Below are positions 9,540 through 19,117 of a DNA stretch of 61,567 bases, piece by piece. The DNA comes from an uncultured Bacillales bacterium (GTDB taxonomy: Bacteria > Bacillota_I > Bacilli_A > RF39 > UBA660). Position 1 is the first letter of the stretch; the number at the start of each line of letters is the position of its first letter. Both the position numbers and the translations under genes were made by a program. The notes under the pieces are model-generated. The model was given only the letters and a program-made list of their open reading frames with translations, was not told the DNA's origin and made no database searches. The stretch lies in the NCBI GenBank assembly GCA_946611235.1, contig CAMODE010000050.1, positions 1 through 61,567 of the forward strand, written 5' to 3'.

Positions 9540-10520
9540 TTACTGAATATTATTTATTTGTCCATTAGGATTATTCTGTGGCATACCATTTACAAAATTA
9601 GGAACACCAAGATTATTATTATTAATATTTTGCATATTATTATTTGGCATCTGATTTACCATATTCATATTAGGAATTGGTTCAGGAACCACATTAATAT
9701 GAGGCTCATTAGCATTAGCACTAGGAGCATTTACTGGGGCATTAGGTATTGGATTAACCATTGGCCCATTTACAATACCAATAGGACTAGTTGTTGTCAT
9801 ACTAGGCGTAGGATTAACTACTGGTTCTTCCGCTAATGACTGCATTGTTACTTCTGTAGGTTGTACTGATGTCATAGGTGAAACAGGAGTAACAGGACTT
9901 TGCATAGGCTCTACTACGGGAATTGGTTCTACAACTGGAGTTGGAGTAACAACATTATTTACCATAGGTTCCATTTGAACAGGCGTAGGAGTAACTACTT
10001 CTCTAGGTTCGATAACTGGTTTTTGTTCAGATGCTGGAACAAAGAATGAATCATTATTAATTGCTGGTTCAGCGACCATATTATTATTAGGAACTGTATT
10101 TACACTATTATTCATAGAAGTCATATTAGGTTCAGCCATAAACCCATTATTCATCATATTATTATTCAAGCCAGGATTAACTCCCATATTCATATCAGGG
10201 GTAACCATATTATTTGCCATCATATTATTATTTAAGCCACTAGTCATATTTGGTTCAAATAAATTATTATTTATATTCTGATTCATATTTTGATCAAAGG
10301 AATTAACTTGATTATTAAATCCCATATTCATACTTTGATTCATATTATTGAAATCATTTACCCCAGAATTAGTATTATTATCCTCATTCATAGTCTTTTC
10401 TCTTAATTTTTTCTTTTTCTTAGTATCTGCTAAAAATCCTATTATTGTAATAAGTAATATTAAAAGTACAGCCAAAACCCAAATATAATATTCTAATAAA
10501 AAATCAATAACTGCTTGCAT
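9540..10520 (-). CDS. Membrane-anchored low-complexity (N/M/P-rich) protein
   Basis: N-terminal TM helix followed by KKKK; long disordered tail; GGAGG RBS. Confidence 0.65.
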   Translation of the reverse strand: MQAVIDFLLEYYIWVLAVLLILLITIIGFLADTKKKKKLREKTMNEDNNTNSGVNDFNNMNQSMNMGFNNQVNSFDQNMNQNINNNLFEPNMTSGLNNNMMANNMVTPDMNMGVNPGLNNNMMNNGFMAEPNMTSMNNSVNTVPNNNMVAEPAINNDSFFVPASEQKPVIEPREVVTPTPVQMEPMVNNVVTPTPVVEPIPVVEPMQSPVTPVSPMTSVQPTEVTMQSLAEEPVVNPTPSMTTTSPIGIVNGPMVNPIPNAPVNAPSANANEPHINVVPEPIPNMNMVNQMPNNNMQNINNNNLGVPNFVNGMPQNNPNGQINNIQ

Positions 10521-10577
10521 TTCATTTCCTCCTCTTTACTCTACAATTAGAATAACATAAATTATTCTAAAATGCAA

Positions 10578-12278
10578 CTAATACTTAAATTTTTCTCCAA
10601 TATTTTTATCTATAAAACTTAAACTTTTAAGAGATATATCAAATGAATCTTTATACTTACCTCTTTTAAATAACTCTTCAGCTTTATTCATAGCAATATC
10701 TATTTCTTCATAAGTACTTCGATATCTATTACCATAAACAATGATATTTTCAGCCATAGTAACTAATTTAATCATATCATTAGTTTTATTATATATTTTA
10801 AATACCAAGTCTCTAGCGGTATCTACCCTAATATTAAGTATTTTAATAACAATAGGTTTCTTTTCTAATTCCTTTACTATTTCTCTAATAGCATCTTGTG
10901 CTTCTGTTAGTTCAATATAATAACTACTAGGAATAACTGGTATCTTATATTCTTTTAATCGATACTTAGCTTTCTTTAATAAATTTTCAATTGTATCAAG
11001 TTGTTCCCTAGCTCTTGTTTCATCATCTTGCATACTAGTAATTGATCTAAGTTGATAATCTAAATCATCTTGTAATCTGGATAATTTTAAAGATAAGCCA
11101 TCTAATTCTTCTACTAACTTCGAATAAGCAAAAGTCTTCATCTTACCTTGTTCTACTAGTATTTTATAATCCTTATTAATCTTTTCTAAATTCTTATTAA
11201 GTAAACTAAATTTATTAATATCTTCATTAGATAAATTATAATTATACTTAATATCATCTATTTGTAAATAAATATCTCTAACTACTCTATTAATGTTTTC
11301 AATTTTATATCCTAGTTCTTTAATATTCTGTCTAAATAAATCTTTACATTCTTTTTCTTTATCAAAATCATTATATAAACTATTAAAATAATCCATAAAA
11401 GTTTTAAGTTCTACTATTGAGTCACCCATATCTAAGTTTTTTAAATTATTCATAATATTATTGATTTTATTTTTAATTTCATTAATATTATACTCAACAT
11501 TCAAATAATCAAGGGGGTAACCATCTCTTTTCATTCGATAATAATAAATATCTGCTTCTTCTATCTTATTAGGAACAAGTACTGTAGCCATTAATACAAT
11601 TGTCGGAGCATCATCAATTATTTTACTTAATTTATTAATCCTATCATCTAATGTACTAATCTTTTTTTCTACAGATACATATTCATTATTATCCATAGCT
11701 CTTTCAAACTCGACAAATAACTTATCTATCTTATTAAATTCTTCTTCAATATAAGTACTAACTTCCCCATACTCTTTCTTATTTCTTTCAAACTTATTTT
11801 CAAGTTCTCGATAAACTATTTTTAACTTAGTAATTAAAGACCTATTTCTTTCTTCTGACTCTGTAATTAATTTAACTTCATCTAATAGAGTATCAGTCTT
11901 TTTCTTCAAAGTTCTAAGTTCCATCTCTATACTAGCTATCTTTCTAATTGCTGCTTTATAATCCTTCCTGTCAATCATAAATTCAGCATCTGATATAGAA
12001 TCCGTAAGTTCTGGTATTTTTGTATCTCTAATTAATTTAAAAGTATTATCCCAATCTTCCATCTTCCCTTTTAAATTATCCGTCTTAACTAGTTCTTTAA
12101 CTTTCGATATTTCACTAAGAACAGGAACACCAAGTAAATTATTTTTTTCTATATCTAAATTTTCTATTTCTCTCTTATATTTCTTTTTTTGATTACTCTT
12201 AATAATAACAACAGTAATAATTATAAGGATAATTGCCAATATAAAAGCTGATATAGTAATTAAAAGGACACTATCCAT
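10578..12278 (-). CDS. ezrA: Septation ring formation regulator EzrA
   Basis: N-terminal TM, long coiled coil, C-terminal IVYGNRYR (QNR patch). Start at 12278 after GGAAAGGTGG. Confidence 0.9.
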   Translation of the reverse strand: MDSVLLITISAFILAIILIIITVVIIKSNQKKKYKREIENLDIEKNNLLGVPVLSEISKVKELVKTDNLKGKMEDWDNTFKLIRDTKIPELTDSISDAEFMIDRKDYKAAIRKIASIEMELRTLKKKTDTLLDEVKLITESEERNRSLITKLKIVYRELENKFERNKKEYGEVSTYIEEEFNKIDKLFVEFERAMDNNEYVSVEKKISTLDDRINKLSKIIDDAPTIVLMATVLVPNKIEEADIYYYRMKRDGYPLDYLNVEYNINEIKNKINNIMNNLKNLDMGDSIVELKTFMDYFNSLYNDFDKEKECKDLFRQNIKELGYKIENINRVVRDIYLQIDDIKYNYNLSNEDINKFSLLNKNLEKINKDYKILVEQGKMKTFAYSKLVEELDGLSLKLSRLQDDLDYQLRSITSMQDDETRAREQLDTIENLLKKAKYRLKEYKIPVIPSSYYIELTEAQDAIREIVKELEKKPIVIKILNIRVDTARDLVFKIYNKTNDMIKLVTMAENIIVYGNRYRSTYEEIDIAMNKAEELFKRGKYKDSFDISLKSLSFIDKNIGEKFKY

Positions 12279-12367
12279 ATTCTTACCACCTTTCCTACTC
12301 ATACTATATTTTACCACAAAATATTTTTTTTTAAAATACAAATATATACTTTTTTTATTATTTTTAA

Positions 12368-12428
12368 TAACCGCTTCGCTAACTAATTAACTATCGTTAA
12401 TTAGCAGTAGACTTCTACAAGAAGAATC
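12368..12428. repeat. Dispersed ~61-nt hairpin element, copy A
   Basis: TAACCGCTTCGCTAAC-TAATTAAC-TATC-GTTAATTA-GCAGTAGACTTCTACAAGAAGAATC; homologous to 30356-30417 and 54702-54761 (both in the opposite orientation). Confidence 0.7.
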
Positions 12429-12486
12429 CATTATATAGATTATATTCTAGATACACAAGTTTTTTGTAAAATAGATGTAAATAGTA

Positions 12487-12515
12487 TTTACTAATCAGAT
12501 ATATTTCTTTATAAT
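12487..12515 (+). promoter_or_regulatory. Sigma-A promoter for DUF3800 gene
   Basis: TTTACT-17nt-TATAAT. Confidence 0.55.
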
Positions 12516-12554
12516 AGAAAATTAGTTAGAATGATATATGGGGAGATGGTTAGC

Positions 12555-13220
12555 ATGAAAAGACTTAATATTTTTGTCGATGAAACAGGAGGATTTGGTT
12601 TTGGAGAAGGAACTTCTAGATTATATGGAATTTCATTTGTTTTTCACGAGCAAGATAATAATATTAGAAAAGAAATTGATACATTAAATGATAGATTAAA
12701 CAAATTAGAATATCATAACATGATACATACCGCTGAATTAGTTAATAATAAAGGCGAATATAAGAGTATTAGTGCTCGAGTTAGAAAAAGCATATTTAAT
12801 GCTATATATACTTTTTCAAAAAGGATAGATGTTAAGTATTACACAATTATTATTGATAAAAAATATATGGATGATAATAAGATATTAAAGAAAAATATAA
12901 AAATTGCTATAAACAAAATAATTAATGATAACTTAGATTATATTAACATGTTTGATGTAATAGTGATATATTATGATAATGGTCAAATACCATTAGGTAA
13001 AATAATTGATTCAGAGTTTTCTATATTTAATACTAAGCACATCATAGATTTTGATCATAAGGAAAAGAAATTGTTTCAAGTTGCCGATATGCTTACCTTT
13101 ATCGACAAATGCGATTATAAAGAAAAACATAAAATTTCTATGACTAAAGCTGAAAAGTATTTCTTCAAAGATGATGAAATGAGAAAAATCATAAAACGAA
13201 TTGAAAAGAAACGATTATAA
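12555..13220 (+). CDS. DUF3800 domain protein (predicted RNase H-like fold)
   Basis: N-terminal IFVDETG, central IYYD, C-terminal LFQVADML: the DExG...D...QxAD signature of DUF3800. Confidence 0.85.
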   Translation: MKRLNIFVDETGGFGFGEGTSRLYGISFVFHEQDNNIRKEIDTLNDRLNKLEYHNMIHTAELVNNKGEYKSISARVRKSIFNAIYTFSKRIDVKYYTIIIDKKYMDDNKILKKNIKIAINKIINDNLDYINMFDVIVIYYDNGQIPLGKIIDSEFSIFNTKHIIDFDHKEKKLFQVADMLTFIDKCDYKEKHKISMTKAEKYFFKDDEMRKIIKRIEKKRL

Positions 13221-13224
13221 CATT

Positions 13225-13252
13225 AAAAAAACAACCAAATGGTTGCTTTTTT
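13225..13252. terminator. Bidirectional intrinsic terminator between DUF3800 gene and convergent RNA
   Basis: AAAAAAACAACC-AAAT-GGTTGCTTTTTT with A/T tracts on both sides. Confidence 0.75.
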
Positions 13253-13348
13253 AAGCGGGACCTAGCCCCTACACGAGTCAGGCCCGATTACTGTAAACAG
13301 TAGAGGCCCAAAGTAGATATAATCTACATTATATTATATCTCACTTGC
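13225..13348 (-). ncRNA. Predicted structured ncRNA (DUF3800-associated RNA-like pseudoknot)
   Basis: GC-rich island in AT-rich DNA. Pairings GGCCUCUAC/GUAGGGGCU and CGGG-CCU/AGG-U-CCCG cross to form a pseudoknot; it has its own promoter and terminator. Confidence 0.7.
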
Positions 13349-13354
13349 AAATAA

Positions 13355-13383
13355 ATTATACCAAATATATTTATATTTGTAAA
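13355..13383 (-). promoter_or_regulatory. Sigma-A promoter driving the convergent ncRNA
   Basis: TTTACA-17nt-TATAAT with TG extended -10 (TGG TATAAT); no ORF downstream on this strand before the terminator. Confidence 0.65.
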
Positions 13384-13473
13384 TTGTTTTACAAAAAATT
13401 TTTATGTAACTTAATTATTTTTATTCAAAAGCAAATAAATATATGGTATTATATATAGAAAGAAGGTAAGAAG

Positions 13474-14322
13474 ATGATTGATTTTACCAATGCTATTGAA
13501 GAATTTAATACCTATAGTGGATCAGAAAAGAAAAAAACATTAATATATGATAATACTAAATACTTAGTAAAATTTCCAGAGCCATTAAAAAATAACAAAT
13601 TCAAATATAATAATATTTCAGAATATATAGGAAGTAATATTTTTAAAATGTCTGGTTTTGAAACACAGAATGTAGTATTAGGAAATTATAATTATAATGG
13701 AAAAGATAAAATAGTATGTGGATGTGTTGATTTCACTGATAATAACCATATACTATGTGAATTTGAAAACTTAGCCCTAAGTTCCAATCCAGATAAAAAA
13801 ATAGAAACAGAAATAAATGATATTATGGAAGTATTAGAAGAAAATTCTCATTTAATAAATGTAAAAGAAACTAAAGATAAATTTTGGGATATGTTTATTA
13901 TTGATAGTTTAATAGGAAATACAGATAGACATAATGGTAATTGGGGATTTCTTCTTAATAAAGAGACAAAAGAACTAAACTTCTCTCCCATATATGACTG
14001 TGGTTCATCACTTAATCCTATGTTAGACGATGAAGAAATGAAAAATATTACAAGTACTGAACTAAAGAATCTAGCTATTAATTGTTATTCTTGTTTAAGA
14101 GAAAACAATAATAAAATTAACTATATGTCATTTATAAAAGAAATGCAAAATGTAGATTGCAATAATGCTTTAAAAAGAGTATTTAATAATATTGATATAA
14201 TTAAAATAAATAACTTTATTGATAATATAGAATGCATATCAAATTATCGTAAAGACTTCTATAAAAATATTATTAATATACGATATAATATATTAAAGGA
14301 AACATATAATAAATTAGTTTAA
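13474..14322 (+). CDS. HipA/CtkA-like Ser/Thr kinase
   Basis: YLVKFP, SEYIGS, DSLIGNTDRHNGNWG, FSPIYDCGSSL. Confidence 0.85.
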   Translation: MIDFTNAIEEFNTYSGSEKKKTLIYDNTKYLVKFPEPLKNNKFKYNNISEYIGSNIFKMSGFETQNVVLGNYNYNGKDKIVCGCVDFTDNNHILCEFENLALSSNPDKKIETEINDIMEVLEENSHLINVKETKDKFWDMFIIDSLIGNTDRHNGNWGFLLNKETKELNFSPIYDCGSSLNPMLDDEEMKNITSTELKNLAINCYSCLRENNNKINYMSFIKEMQNVDCNNALKRVFNNIDIIKINNFIDNIECISNYRKDFYKNIINIRYNILKETYNKLV

Positions 14323-14325
14323 AGT

Positions 14326-14350
14326 AAAAACAACCATGCGGTTGTTTTTT
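14326..14350. terminator. Bidirectional terminator
   Basis: AAAAACAACC-ATGC-GGTTGTTTTTT. Confidence 0.7.
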
Positions 14351-15476
14351 ATAATTTTACTAAGTTTGTATATTACTAACATTACTTATTCTTTATACCA
14401 AAACTATTATTGTATTCTTCCAAACTTTTAATATACTTAGTTATATTAGTAGTTACTTCAGTAAACATCGAAGTAGCTGCTGCCATAAAACGAATATATT
14501 TATCTTTTTCACTAACATCAGTTACATTTAATAAGCTTTTAATGGCTATTAATACATTTCTAATATCACTATATACTTTTTCTTTAGTACTATCATCTAA
14601 TTTCTTATCATCTATATCTTTCATTATATTAATAACTTCTAATAATATATCTTTATGATTATAATTATTTAATTCTTCATCTAAGTATCTCTTTCCATTT
14701 ACTAAATCAAAAGATATCTCTAATTGCCTATGAATATTTAATCCATGCTCTTCATATTTATCTAAATTAGCATACTTATCTATCTCTATAATTAATGGAT
14801 GAAGTTCTCTTCTTAATCCTATTTCTATTTCTTCATATCTTTCCTTAGTAACATTAGTATTAAGTTCATTACCAATACTATCTTTATATTTATTTAAAAC
14901 AGTATTAATATCATTTCTAATTTTATTAGTATACTCACTACTAGATAATCTATCTAATGAATTTCTTATCCCATTTATAAAACCAATAATATCATTATCT
15001 TTAATATCTTCTTTATATTCACTTACATTTAAAATATTATATAAACATAATAATTTATACTTAGGAACATCTTTTACTTTATCAGTAATACTACTTAGTA
15101 ATTCATTAATCTTATTATCTAATTCATTCTTAATAAGTGATGATTCTTCAAGTACTGTATTACCATTAATTTTATCTATAATATAATTTTTTATTTTATT
15201 TGCTACATCATCTAAATATTTAGTAAGAGTAATCTTAATATCATTATTATTATCTAAGAATGCTGATAAATATAATATATTCTTAATCTTACTCTCTATA
15301 TCATTATCATATGAATAAGATTCTACTTTTTTATTAATTAACTCTTTATAATCATTAATATTCTTACTAAATAGAATAAAATCATTTAATTCTTTTATTA
15401 GACCTGTTCGGAAAGGAGTATTTTAAAAATCACAAAAATGTGGTATCATATATATAAAGGTAAATAGGTGGTACTT

Positions 15477-15638
15477 ATGTTATATATATTGTTAATTTTG
15501 ATTGGTATATTAGGTGGGATAGTTTTAGATAGAGTTATTCCTACTAAAAAAGATAAAATAGAAAATGAATATGTAAAAATCTTTAGGGAAGCAATTGAAA
15601 AAGATTTAGAACAGGACAAGGTAAAAAAAAAGAATTGA
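15477..15638 (+). CDS. 53-aa IS-internal ORF with N-terminal hydrophobic helix; probable N-terminus of the transposase
   Basis: AGGTGG RBS; MLYILLILIGILGGIVLDRVIP...; ends just after an A9 tract (15623-15631), and removing one A fuses it to the transposase frame. Confidence 0.6.
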   Translation: MLYILLILIGILGGIVLDRVIPTKKDKIENEYVKIFREAIEKDLEQDKVKKKN

Positions 15639-15657
15639 AATTAGATACCAAGAGCTA

Positions 15658-16485
15658 ATGGCAATTACTGATGATGCAAAATTTAAATTACTTACAGGGG
15701 TTACTCGAAAAGTCTTTTTAGATTTAATGGGAATATTGCAACCAATTTATGACGAAACTCACAAAAATGGTTCTAACAGAGGAATTGGAGTTGGATGCAG
15801 GTTATTATTAGCATTGACTTACTGGAGAGAATATAGAGGAATGCGACAAATGGCATTTGACTACGAATTATCTGTATCTACAGTATGTGAAAGTATACAT
15901 TGGGTAGAAGATAATTTGAGTAACCATCCAAATTTTAATTTTGGAAGTATAGAAGAAGAAATTAACAAATTAGAAAGTCAAAATATTAATGTTAGTAAAA
16001 TTATTGGAGATGTAGAAGAACAACCAATTGAAAGACCTACAGATAATCAAGAACTTCATTACTCTGGTAAGAAAAAAAGACATACTACAAAGAATCAAAT
16101 TATTATTAATGAAGATGATTTAAGAATTATAAACTATTATAATGCAGTAGCAACAACACATGATTTTCAAATGCTAAAAGATAGTAATGTTATCGATACT
16201 TTAAACAAATTAAATATAAGTTGTAAATTTGATAGTGGATATCAAGGAGCCCAAAAATTATTAAATAATGCATCAATTCCATACAAAAAATCAAAATATC
16301 ATGAGTTAACTGAAGAAGAGAAAACATATAATAGGAATCTATCTTCAACGCGAATAAAAATAGAGCATGTAAATAGGACTATAAAAATATTTAGAATTAT
16401 GAAAGAAACTTATAGAAATCATCAAAAAAGATATGATAAAAAATTGAAGATTATGTTTACTATATACAATATGAATTTAACATAG
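15658..16485 (+). CDS. DDE transposase (HTH_Tnp_4 + DDE_Tnp_4)
   Basis: FKLLTGV, DVEEQPIERP, YSGKKKRHT, DSGYQG, RIKIEH. Confidence 0.9.
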   Translation: MAITDDAKFKLLTGVTRKVFLDLMGILQPIYDETHKNGSNRGIGVGCRLLLALTYWREYRGMRQMAFDYELSVSTVCESIHWVEDNLSNHPNFNFGSIEEEINKLESQNINVSKIIGDVEEQPIERPTDNQELHYSGKKKRHTTKNQIIINEDDLRIINYYNAVATTHDFQMLKDSNVIDTLNKLNISCKFDSGYQGAQKLLNNASIPYKKSKYHELTEEEKTYNRNLSSTRIKIEHVNRTIKIFRIMKETYRNHQKRYDKKLKIMFTIYNMNLT

Positions 16486-17744
16486 TACCTTTCCGAACAG
16501 GTCTATTAAACTCTTTATTCTATTCAAAAATAAATAAGTATCATTCTTTAATCCTTCATAATCAAACCTATCCCCATTATCTTTACCATATTCTGGTTTA
16601 AAACTTTCAATAGAACTTTTATATACTCTATCTATTTCATTTACCTTTTCAGTAATAATACTAGCTATTTTCTTAGGAAAATCTTTACATAAATATATAA
16701 TCTCATCTTCAAGATGCTTAATATCATCTTCATCTTTTTGAGAACTAATTTCGTTCTCATATTTTTTTTCTTTATTTACTTCTGATAATACAATTTTTTT
16801 ATCTTTTATAAATGTTACATTCCTATCTTTTACTAATTCTTTAAATAATTCTTTAATTAACTTTTTTTCTTTCTCCTTAGAAAAAAAAGAATATTGTGGG
16901 CTTTTAAATTCAATATTTTTAGCACTTTCTTTATTAGCCAATACTGCATAAATAAGATTAATATTTAAACTATTAATATCTAAATACTCAATAGTTACTT
17001 TATCTCCATCAAATAGAATATTACACTCATTACTTATACTAAATTTCTTTAATGAAGAACAACCAACAAAAGCTTTTGGTCCAAGATTAGTTACACTTTC
17101 TGGTATTGTTATTTCTTCAAGTAACCAGCATTTTTCAAAAGCAAAATTTCTAATTGTAGTTAAGCCTTCGGAAAGATTAACTCTTTTTAAATGACATTTT
17201 AGAAATGCATTATATTCAATTTTAATCAAACTACTAGGCATTGTTATTTCTTCAAGTGATATACAATTTTCAAAAGCACACTCATTAATTGCAGTTAAGC
17301 CTTCGGAAAGATTAACTCTTTTTAATGACCTGCAACCCGAAAAGGCCATATAACCTATTCTTTTTATATTACCAGGTATATTTATTTCTTCAAGTGATAT
17401 ACAATTTTCAAACAATTGATCAAAAAAAGTCATATTTTCTGATAAATGAACTTTCTTTAGATTAAAACAATGTTCAAAAGCAGAAGACTCAATAGTTATT
17501 ACACTATTTGGAATATATATTTCTTCAAGGTGTCCATTATGGTAACATGCATGAAAAGCTATTGAAGTAACTCCTTCAGGTATATTAAGACTTTTTAATC
17601 CAGGATTAACCCCTACTAAAACTCCATCTCTAATTTTATAATCATTATTTTCTATATTCATAATGCACCCTCTTACATATGTTATCTTTACTTAATTATA
17701 TAATGAAATTACTTATAAGTAAAGAAAAAGAGAATAATTTCTCT

Positions 17745-19016
17745 TTATCTCGTCCATTCAAATTCAAAATCTAATATTCTGACAGTATCACCATCTTTAA
17801 TACCATTTTTAATAAGTTCATCGTCTACTCCCATTTTTCTAAGTTTATTAGAAAATCTATCATAAGCTTCTTCGGTATTAAAGTTTGTCATTCTAAATAA
17901 TTTTTCTATTTGGTCTCCTCTTACAACAAAAGTATCTCCATCTTTAGATATGGTAAATGGTTTTTCCATTTTAAATTTATATAAAACATGACTTTCGATG
18001 ACATCATCTTCATATAAAGGTTTATCTTCTATTTCACTTACCATATCCGATAGTTTTTCTATTACTTCATCTAATCCTTCATTAATAAGAGCAGTCACTT
18101 TAAAAATATCTTTATTATTAATCTTTTTCTTAAATTCCTCTAAATTATCTTTAGCTTTTTCTCCATCCATTTTATTAGCTATAATAATTTCTGGTTTTAA
18201 TAATAATTTAGGACTAAATGCTTCTAATTCTTTTCTAATTGATACATAATCTTCATAAGGGTTTCTACCTTCTTCCGCTGACATGTCAATTACATGAGCA
18301 AGTATCTTAGTTCTTTCAATATGTTTTAAGAACTTATGACCAAGACCTATTCCTTCGCTTGCTCCTTCAATAAGCCCTGGAAGATCTGCTACTACAAAAT
18401 CATTCTTCTTTGTTTTTACTACTCCAAGATTAGGAGACAATGTCGTAAAATGGTAGCTTGCTATCTTTGGATTAGCATTTGATATCATTGAAAGAATGGT
18501 ACTTTTACCAACCGAAGGCATACCTACTAGTCCTACGTCCGCAAGCATACGAAGTTCTACTTTAATCTTTCTAACTTCACCTGGCTCACCTTTTTCAGCA
18601 AATGATGGGCAAGGATTACTTCTCGTAGCAAGAGCAACATTACCTCTACCACCTCTACCACCATATGCTATCGTAGCTTCCTGGCCATGTTTAGTTAAAT
18701 CAGCAATAATAACATCAGTATCAAAGTCTCTTACTGTTGTTCCAACTGGTACTTTAACAATTAAGTTCTCACTATGAGCACCATTCATTCCTTTACCAAG
18801 ACCATTTTCTCCATTATCGGCTTTAATTTTCTTTTGATATCTTAAATCAATTAATGTCTTAAGGCCAGAATCAGCCTTAAAAATAATATCAGCACCTTTA
18901 CCACCAGAGCCACCAAAAGGTCCTCCCATAGGTACATAACTTTCTCTTCTATATGCTAAGCATCCATTACCACCAGATCCAGCTTCTACATTCATAACAA
19001 CTTCATCAACAAACAT
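17745..19016 (-). CDS. obgE: GTPase ObgE/CgtA
   Basis: MFVD start, glycine-rich Obg domain, GMPSVGKST, DLPGLIEGA, NKMD. Confidence 0.97.
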   Translation of the reverse strand: MFVDEVVMNVEAGSGGNGCLAYRRESYVPMGGPFGGSGGKGADIIFKADSGLKTLIDLRYQKKIKADNGENGLGKGMNGAHSENLIVKVPVGTTVRDFDTDVIIADLTKHGQEATIAYGGRGGRGNVALATRSNPCPSFAEKGEPGEVRKIKVELRMLADVGLVGMPSVGKSTILSMISNANPKIASYHFTTLSPNLGVVKTKKNDFVVADLPGLIEGASEGIGLGHKFLKHIERTKILAHVIDMSAEEGRNPYEDYVSIRKELEAFSPKLLLKPEIIIANKMDGEKAKDNLEEFKKKINNKDIFKVTALINEGLDEVIEKLSDMVSEIEDKPLYEDDVIESHVLYKFKMEKPFTISKDGDTFVVRGDQIEKLFRMTNFNTEEAYDRFSNKLRKMGVDDELIKNGIKDGDTVRILDFEFEWTR

Positions 19017-19117
19017 ATTATCATCTTCCTTCATATTTAACTTTATAGATAATAACAAGATATAATATTATAAGTAAAATAATATATATACCTGATACCC
19101 ATAAAATTCTAAGATAA

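Larger units (their letters stand above)
15401..16503 (+). mobile_element. IS5-family insertion sequence (ISL2/IS702-like), 1103 bp
   Basis: Perfect 16-bp TIRs GACCTGTTCGGAAAGG (15401-15416) and CCTTTCCGAACAGGTC (16488-16503); TA on both flanks. Confidence 0.92.
14382..17661 (-). pseudogene. BspA-type leucine-rich repeat protein (~720 aa) interrupted by an IS
   Basis: LRR_5 repeats (AFENCISLEEITMP). Removing the IS and one TA copy restores ...KSL-I-IKELNDF..., in frame with the 14382-14624 ORF (15398 to 14382 is 339 codons). Confidence 0.85.

Noticed and set aside
12368..12428. Hammerhead ribozyme, integron attC or dif site as identity of the dispersed element
   Set aside because: No CUGAUGA/GAAA core, no end-to-end RYYYAAC/GTTRRRY palindrome, no XerC/D arms.
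13256..13309. Active HDV-like ribozyme
   Set aside because: Pseudoknot order is reminiscent, but no P4 or J4/2 strand with catalytic C is visible; reported only as a structured RNA.
15621..15638. Classical -1 ribosomal frameshift at A_AAA_AAG in the IS
   Set aside because: Frame arithmetic shows the transposase is in the +1 frame relative to the upstream ORF.
17160..17325. ~30-bp direct repeat TAAGCCTTCGGAAAGATTAACTCTTTTTAA
   Set aside because: Explained by duplicated LRR units within the coding sequence.
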